A model generated the notes under the pieces. That model ran no database searches, was not told where the DNA came from, and saw only the letters and a list, made by a program, of their open reading frames with translations. Of a DNA stretch of 64,000 nucleotides, positions 14,201-21,429 are shown in pieces. The number at the start of each line of letters is the position of its first letter. The first letter of the stretch is position 1. Both the position numbers and the translations under genes were made by a program. The stretch comes from Azolla caroliniana (lineage: Eukaryota > Plantae > Polypodiophyta): contig JBHGNT010000035.1 of the NCBI GenBank assembly GCA_043228905.1, positions 1 to 64,000 on the forward strand. Reading direction: 5' to 3'.

Positions 14201-16780
14201 AATATCAGCGCTAGCGTGGTGAGCTTCGATTCGCATGTTTGAACACAAAAATCCGATATCACACGAGCCAGGTATAAACATTTTAATTTACCTACTAGCG
14301 CTTGTGAACTCCCTCCTAAAATGTGCTAATTTCTTCATGTCTCTCGACCTGAGTTTCAAAATCTTGATTTTTTAATTCCATATTAGAGCTAGCGTTGTTA
14401 GCTTCGATTCACATGTTTGAACACGAAAATCCGATATCATACGAGCCAGGTACGAATATTTTAATTTACTCAAGGGCTCCTCTCAACTCCCTCCTCAAGT
14501 TTGCTAATTTCGTCATGCCTCTGGACCTGAGTTTCAAAATCTTGATTTTTTAATTCCATATCATAGCTTGCGTTGTTAGCTTCGATTCGCATGTTTGAAC
14601 ACAAAAATCCGATATCACACGAGCCTGGTATGAACATTTTAATTTACCTAGAGGCTCTTGTCAACTCCCTCCTCAAATTTGTTAATTTCTCCATGCCTCT
14701 CGACCTGAGTTTCAAAATCTTGATTTTTTAATATCATATTAGAGCTAGCGTTGTTACCTTCGATTCACATGTTTGAACACAGAAATCCGATATCACACGA
14801 GCCAGGTATGAACATTTTAATTTACTCAAGGGCTCCTCTCAACTCCCTCCTCAAGTTTCCTAATTTCGTCATGTCGCTCGACCTGAGTTTCAAAATCTTG
14901 ATTTTTTAATTCCATATCATAGCTAGCGTTGTTAGCTTCGATTCGCATGTTTGAACACAAAAATCCGATATGACACGAGCCAGGTATGAACATTTTAATT
15001 TACCTAATAGCTCTTCTCAACTCACTCCTCATATTTTGTAATTTCGTCATGTCTCTCGACCTGAGTTTCAAAATCTTGATTTTTTAATTCCATATCATAG
15101 CTAGCGTTGTTAGCTTCGATTCGCATGTTTGAACACAAAAATCCGATATCACACGAGCCAGGTAGGAACATTTTAATTTACTCAAGGGCTCCTCTCAACT
15201 CCCTCCTCAAGTTTGCTATTTTCGTCATGTCTCTCGACTTGAGTTTCAGAATCTTGAGTTTTTAAATCCACATCATAGCTAACGTTGTTAGCTTTGATTC
15301 GCATGTTTGAACACAAAAGTCCGATATCACACGAGCCAGGTATGAACATTTTAATTTACCTCCTAGCTCTTCTCAACTCCATCCTCAAATCTGGTAATTT
15401 CGTCATGTCTCTCGACCTAAGTTTCAAAATCTTGATATTTTAATTCCATATCATAGCTAGCGTTGTTAGCTTCGATTTGCATGTTTGAACACAAAAATCC
15501 GATATCACACGAGCCAGGTATGAACATTTTAATTTACTCAAGGGCTCCTCTCAACTCCCTTGTCAAGGTTGCTAATTTCGTCATGTCTCTCGACCTGAGT
15601 TTTAAAATCTTGATTTTTTAATTCCATATCATAGCTAGCGTTGTTACCTTCGATACGCATGTTTGAACACATAAATCCGATATGACACGAGCCAGGTATG
15701 AACATTTTAATTTACGTACTAGTTCTTCTCAACTCACTCCTCAAATTTGGTAATTTCGTCATGTCTCTCGACCTGAGTTTCAAAATCTTGATTTTTTAAT
15801 TCCATATTATAGCTAGCGTTGTTAGCTTCGATTTGCATGTTTGAACACAAAAATCCGATATCACACGAGCCAGGTATGAACATTTAAATTTACTCAAGGG
15901 CTCCTCTCAACTCCCTTGTCAAGGTTGCTAATTTCGTCATGTCTCTCGACCTGAGTTTCAAAATCTTGATTTTTTAATTCTATATCATAGCTAGCGTTGT
16001 TAGATTCGATTCGCATGTTTGAACACAAAAATCCGATATCACACGAGCCAAGTAGGAACATTTAAATTTACACAATATCATAGCTAGCGTTGTTAGCTTC
16101 GATTCGCATGTTTGAACACAAAAATCCGATATGACACGAGCCAGGTATGAACATTTTAATTTACGTACTAGTTCTTCTCCACTCACTCCTCAAATTTGGT
16201 AATTTCGTCATGTCTCTCGACCTGAGTTTCAAAATCTTGATTTTTTAATTCCATATTATAGCTAGCGTTGTTAGCTTCGATTTGCATGTTTGAACACAAA
16301 AATCCGATATCACACGAGCCAGGTATGAACATTTAAATTTACTCAAGGGCTCCTCTCAACTCCCTTGTCAAGGTTGCTAATTTCGTCATGTCTCTCGACC
16401 TGAGTTTCAAAATCTTGATTTTTTAATTCCATATCATAGCTAGCGTTGTTACCTTCGATTCGCATGTTTGAACACATAAATCCGATATGACACGAGCCAG
16501 TTATGAACATTTTAATTTACCTACTAGCTCTTCTCAACTCACTCCTCAAATTTCATAATTTCGTCGTGTCTCTCGACCTGAGTGTCAAAATCTTGATTTT
16601 TTAATTCCATATCATAGCTAGCGTTGTTAGATTCGATTCGCATGTTTGAACACAAAAATCCGATATCACACGAGCCAGGTAGGAACATTTTAATTTACTC
16701 AAGGGCTCCTCTCAACTCCCTCCTCAAGTTTGCTATTTTCGTCATGTCGCTCGACTTGAGTTTCAAAATCTTGATTTTTT
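1..16780. repeat. 178-bp tandem satellite array, left block (probable centromeric/pericentromeric satellite)
   Basis: The AA of the TGTTTGAA landmark falls at 1, 179, 357 and 535 (period 178). Head-to-tail, one orientation, with occasional deleted monomers. Centromeric role is inferred from monomer size and HOR organisation only. Confidence 0.97.
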
Positions 16781-16789
16781 CATATTAAT

Positions 16790-17295
16790 AGACTATATAA
16801 TGTCTTATACGAGGAGTGCGGGCAGGATACTTCTTTGGCTGTGATTAGTGTTATTTGGTTAACTATTTGAGGATTTAGGGTTTGGGTGTGAAGGTTTGGG
16901 GTATATGGGTTAACTGAGGTTTTTGGGTTAAATATCTTAAGGGTTTAGGGTTTTGTTCGGAGGGTTTAGGGCATATGGGTAAAATATCTGAGGGTTTAGG
17001 GTTTGGTAGACTATATGATGTATTGCACGAGGAAAGCGGGCACGATACTTATTTAGGCTACGACTAGTGTTATTAGGTTAACTATTCTTAGGGTTTATGG
17101 GTTTGTTCTGAGGGTTTAGGGTATATGGGTTAAAATATTCTGAGGGTTTAGGGTAGTGTGTGCAAAAGTAAAGGTATTAAGGATTGGTAGGTTTAGGGTT
17201 TTTGTGGTAAGGGGAGATATGTTTGGAGAGGTATGATGATGAGGGTATGGGTTGGCGGGGATATAATGTGTTAGGGTTATTAGTTTAGGGTTGCG
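16790..17295 (-). repeat. PLE 3'-terminal region: two diverged ~218-bp direct repeats with interspersed TTTAGGG telomere-like motifs
   Basis: AGACTATAT..ACGAGGA..GCGGGCA.GATACTT..TAGTGTTATT.GGTTAACTATT starts at 16790 and 17008. AGGGTTTAGGG at 16940, 16961, 16991, 17111 and 17143, with further TTTAGGG near 16874, 17192 and 17284. Confidence 0.85.
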
Positions 17296-17455
17296 GGTAT
17301 TGGGTAGGTTAAAGATTAAGGGAAAGAGGGGGGAGTGCCACGTTTTACTTAGTGGGAATGAAATAGCATATATATTATTGAAAGCACAACTAACCACAAC
17401 ATAAAAACAATAGACACTTGAGAAGAAAATATATATTGATCAAATATATATTAAT

Positions 17456-17514
17456 ATGACCTATGTAGCAAACTAGTTTCGCTCATATATGGAGCTCATC
17501 AGTGCTTAGGTCAT
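17456..17514 (-). ncRNA. Minimal type I hammerhead ribozyme
   Basis: Minus strand reads AUGACCUA-AGCA-CUGAUGA-GCUC-CAUAUAU-GAGC-GAAA-C-UA-G-UU-UGCU-ACA-UAGGUCAU. Both core boxes present; stem II GCUC/GAGC; stem I AGCA/UGCU plus AUGACCUA/UAGGUCAU; very short stem III within the palindrome AAACUAGUUU. Predicted cleavage after GUU, between 17471 and 17470. Confidence 0.9.
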
Positions 17515-17857
17515 TTTCGAGTACAAAGGTAAGTTTATATAGGTTTGTGGTAAGGGGGGTGTAAGATGAGTGGTGGACAAGAGTGATAAATGTGAAAAGA
17601 AGTGAGGAGTATGGGAGGGAGTGGTGTAACACGGTGATAAGGGGGCAAGATATGATTTTGTAAAGGGAGGGAGTGGGTATCATGAGTTTGATAGAGATAA
17701 GTGGGTAACTAGAGGGTATAATAATGGTGATAAGTGGGTGACCGGAGGGTATGATAAGTGAGGGGAGGGGTGTGTATATGTGTGTGATGGTGGCTAGTAC
17801 GAGGTAAAGATGTGGGTGAAAAACGAGGGGAATACGAATTTAATAGTTATGGGGAAT

Positions 17858-17860
<3 letters not shown>

Positions 17861-17901
<41 letters not shown>

Positions 17902-18240
17902 TTAACTAATGAGAAGAGAGTGTGAAAAAAGGTGAGAAAAGAGAGAGGGAGAGAGAGAGAGAGAGAGAGAAAAGAAAAAAAGAAAGAAAGAAAGAAGAGA
18001 GACGTAGAGAAAAGAAAAGGTAGAGAGGGAGAAAAAAGGAAAAGAAAAAAGAGGTGAGTTTTAGAGTGTAGAGAGGGAGAAAAGTAAAGGTAGAGAGAGA
18101 GGAAAAAGAAATGATTTAGAGAGGGAGAAAGGTAAAGGTAGAGAGAGAAAGAGAAGGGGAGGGAAGGAGGAGATAGAGATAGAGAAAGGGAAAGTTAAGA
18201 GAGAAGAAATGTGAAGGTAGAGAGGGAGAAGATAGGGGGA
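17861..18240. repeat. (GA)19 microsatellite and polypurine tract (polypyrimidine on the PLE sense strand) in the PLE 3' UTR
   Basis: Perfect GA run at 17861-17898, a second run near 17950-17970, then almost pure A/G sequence to ~18240. Confidence 0.9.
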
Positions 18241-18307
18241 GATCCTCACGTGGTAAATATAGGGAGATAAAACTTGTGGTTTAAAAAAATAAAAATATGG
18301 AGAGGAC

Positions 18308-20285
18308 TTAGTGTGGATCTATAGTAATGTTTTTTGTGTTGACTAGTGAAGAGTGTAGATTTTTAGATTTAGTCCAACAAATTATTGGTTTGGGGATGTG
18401 TTGTAGTAGAGGGTCTTCTTGGAGGTTTAAGTGTAGGCTAGTAAGGGTTTCTTTTATTCCTAGATTAGGGGCTTGGTGTGTGAATTTTAGTTTAAAGATT
18501 ATGGGTGTCGGGGTTTGGTTAATGGTTTTGTTTGAGAGGAGAGTTGGTCTAAGGGAATAGGGGTGTTTTTTTAATATATTGAGGATAAAGTGTGTAGGGT
18601 ATCCTCGTGCTCGTAGTCTCTTAAAAAATAGTTGTTGCATTTTTAAATAACCTTGGGTTGTACTTTCTCTAATAATGTATCTTTTAAGTTCGTTCGAGAG
18701 GAAGCTTTTTTTGACGTGGATAGGATGTGTCGAGGTGAAGGGTATGTATTGGTAAGTATTAAGTTCTTTTTGAAAACAATTAAAGTTGAAATTATTATTA
18801 GCGAGGTTTATCCAAAGGTCGAGAAAAGGAAGTTTAGTGAGAGAGGTTTGGATGGTCAGTTTAATGGAGTTTTGAGTGGTAATACTATAGAAATTTAGGT
18901 AGTCTAAGAGTTGTGTTTTCGTACCGCTCCATACACCAAAGGCATCATCAATATATCTCGTGAAATAAAATAAATGGGGAGATGGGTTGGAATTCTCGAG
19001 GTATGACAAAAAAAGGCAAGCATATACTACGGAAAAATTGCTTCCCATGGCCGTGCCTTTAATTTGTTGATAGATTTGGTTATTAAATTTAAGGAAGTGA
19101 TATTCTAAGGTTAAGGCGCTGAGAGTATAGATGAGGTTGGCTTTTTGTTTTGAGAAATGGGGGGTAATTAGGTGTTTTAGGGCAAGTAGTCCTAGTTTTG
19201 GTGGAATACTCGGGTAGAGGGATTCTACGTCAAATGAAAAGATGAAGCTATTGGGTGGTGTGGTAAGGTTTTCTAGGGATTGTACTAAGGAGAATGAGTC
19301 TCTAAGGTATTGTTTTTGTTGTAGGAGTATGGGGAGGAGTTGGTGGTGTAGCCACTTAGAAGTTTGTTCAAATAACGAACCGTTGTAAGAACAAATAGGC
19401 CTATAGCCAATGGGTTCTTTGTGTACTTTGGGTAGGAAGTACATGGTGGGGACTCGGTATTCGTTGGATGGTTTGTGTAAGATGAATTTTATTTCTATGA
19501 GGGAGAGGGTTCCTAGGTGTTGATTCATTAATGTTTTTAATCTATGTAGGAGTTCTTCTAAGGGGAAGGTATCTACGGGTTTGTAAGTGGATGTATCGGA
19601 TAGGTGAGCTAGGGCTTTATCTAGGTATGTTTGTTTGTTTAAGACACAAACACCTACATTTTTGTCTGCGGGGAGGATGATAATGTGTTTATTGCTTTTA
19701 AGGCTTTTTAAGGCTTGTAGTAGGTGTAGTGGAATGTGTTTAGTGGGTAGGTTTGTATTATGGAGTTTTATGGTGAGGAGATTAAGGTGTTTATGAAGTA
19801 TGTCTTCTAACGGTGGGTATTGTGTAGGGGGGTTCCAAGAGGGGTTGGGTAGTTTAAAGGGGTTGTGTGGGGCGGAGGAGTCGTCTTGAAAGAAATGTCT
19901 AAGTCTAAGGGATCTACTAAGGTTATGGAATTCTTGAAGAATAGAAGTGGAGGTGGGGGGGGGGGGAGGGAGGTATAAACTTAAGACCTAGGTTAAGGAG
20001 TTTAATTTCTGACTTGCTAAGGGTATGTGTAGAAAGGTTGTGGATTTTACTACTATGAGGGGGACTAAAGGGTGTTGTAAGGGGTTTCCAAAATTTATAT
20101 CTAAGTTTCTTTTTACGTGTTTTTTTTGTATGTGGTCTAAAGGGGATTCTATGTGACATGTTACCTAGCCAATTAGAGGAATCTAGGGGGGTAGAGTTAC
20201 CATTAACAAAATACCACATACGTTTAGTTGGGTGTACGGCGTGTCTAAAACGTCGGTTTGATCTTTTAGCACGCCGTACTAAACG
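18308..20285 (-). CDS. PLE reverse transcriptase (ORF2, ~660 aa if repaired), broken by a 1-nt frameshift in a G12 run at 19955-19966
   Basis: The supplied 406-aa ORF frame stays open upstream of Met 19528 up to the G run (..TSTSILQEFHNLSRSLRLRHFF..ALKSLKSNKHIIILPADKNVGVCVLNKQTYLDKALAHLSDTSTY..). The 98-aa ORF 19923-20219 supplies the PLE N-terminal motif and its frame is open back past 20285. Removing one G joins the two. Confidence 0.85.
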
Positions 20286-20291
20286 TTTTTT
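20234..20291 (-). promoter_or_regulatory. Putative programmed -1 ribosomal frameshift signal, ORF1 to RT
   Basis: ORF1 ends CCA AAA AAC GTT TAG, giving heptamer A_AAA_AAC (20291-20285) in the correct phase. A 5-nt spacer precedes a hairpin GUACGGCGUG-CUAAAA / UUUUAG-A-CACGCCGUAC (20279-20234). The -1 frame is the RT N-terminal frame. Confidence 0.8.
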
Positions 20292-21429
20292 GGCCGGTGG
20301 AGGTTGTGAGTGGTGGGAAGTGTGATGTGAGAAGAATACATAGGGGATTTAGGGTGACTAGTTGAGGGGTGGATACAACTTGTGGATGGTTTGGTAGAGG
20401 TGGTGTAGGGAGGATGTTGGGTATGGGTTGATTGGGTGTAGTGGTTAGGGATGTAGGGGTTAAGAGAGGTGTATGAGGGGTTGGGGAAGGCTAAGGGTAT
20501 TTGGGAAAATAGGGGAGGGTTTATGTTGTGATTGTGGGTAGTTTCTTTAAACCAAGGGGGGCTTAGTGTGTGTGAATAGTTGTGAGAGGGGGGGGTAGGA
20601 AAGGTATTTCTAGAATTATTAGGAGGAGTATAAAAAGAAAACGAAAGAGAAGGAGAGTTAGGGGTAGGGTGAGCGTTAGGATTTACACAGTGGGTATGGG
20701 TAGGAGGGTAAGGATGAGTACTGTTTTGGGGTTGAAGGTCTTCGGGGGAGGGATACAAGGGGGGAGCGATGAAGCTGAATGGGGTGTGTTGGGGCTGGTG
20801 GTGAATCTGATGATAGGTATCTCGCGAATGGTGGAGTGGTGTGTCCTCCTCAAGTGGTGGCTGGAGCTGATAATTGGTGGTGGTTATGTTATGAATTGCC
20901 GTCTCGTATGTTGTCCGAGAGGGAGGTTGATGTTGGAGAGGGTGAGAAAACGGCGGGGGTCGAGGCGTCGGCAGAAGAGGCTGCTGTAATTTGCAGGGCT
21001 GGTCGCATGGTGGCAGCGGCGACGGCGGTGGCGGCGGCGGCTGCGGCTGAAGATCATTGTTGGGTTGGCGTTGATTTATATGTTGATGTCGATGCTGATA
21101 TGAGTGCATTTGGTGTTCTCTTTCCGTCATATATCTCCAGGGCTCGTGGTGTTGCGGTTGCGGAGGCGGCGGCTGAAAACCATTGTTAGGTTGGCCTCGG
21201 TTTTGATGCCGGTAAAGGTATACTTGTTGTTTGTTTTCAGGAGGAAATGGAGAGGAGAAGCTATGGATAGTGTTTGCTTTGGGCTGAAATGGGGCGGAAG
21301 GTATATGGCGGAGTTGCATTCGTTGGAGAAGTACGGGTTCGTTGAAACCAATAAATTTAACTATTGGTTCGTATTGATTGGAATCTAAATTATGGCGCGG
21401 GGTAATTTCGTGTGTTGTTATGTTATAAG
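20279..21429 (-). CDS. PLE ORF1, Pro/Gln/His/Thr-rich low-complexity protein, 5'-truncated
   Basis: Open frame of ~383 codons inside the insert. The first ~15 codons of the supplied 398-aa ORF (21430-21475) are satellite sequence, so the true start is missing. It ends exactly at the frameshift signal. Confidence 0.7.

Larger units (their letters stand above)
16781..21429 (-). mobile_element. Penelope-like retroelement (PLE), apparently endonuclease-deficient, 5'-truncated
   Basis: Non-satellite insert encoding a PLE-type RT (IHNLS..LS..E..LL..GLKF.P; IIILPADKNVG; YFLPKVHK..GYRPI; FDVESLYPSIP; GTAMGS; YFTRYIDD; LPFLDL; YIPFTSTHP). The ORF stops after the thumb region with no GIY-YIG. Hammerhead in the 3' UTR, no LTRs, no TSD. 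Ends uncertain by ~5-15 bp. Confidence 0.9.

Noticed and set aside
1-16780. CRISPR-like array (conserved part plus variable part)
   Set aside because: The variable segments are homologous to one another rather than unique spacers, the unit is 178 bp, no cas genes are present, and the context is eukaryotic.
16795-17060. HDV-like or twister ribozyme in the 218-bp repeats (UCCUCG and UAACAC motifs on the minus strand)
   Set aside because: I could not build the required nested pairings in both copies; the motifs alone are too short.
16870-17295. Interstitial telomere array marking a chromosome fusion
   Set aside because: The TTTAGGG motifs are only 1-2 units long and embedded in element subrepeats, and satellite orientation is unchanged across the insert.
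17116-21388. Small ORFs in the PLE 3' UTR and antisense or overlapping ORFs over RT and ORF1
   Set aside because: By-products of low-complexity, strand-skewed sequence or shadows of the real frames; no domain motifs.
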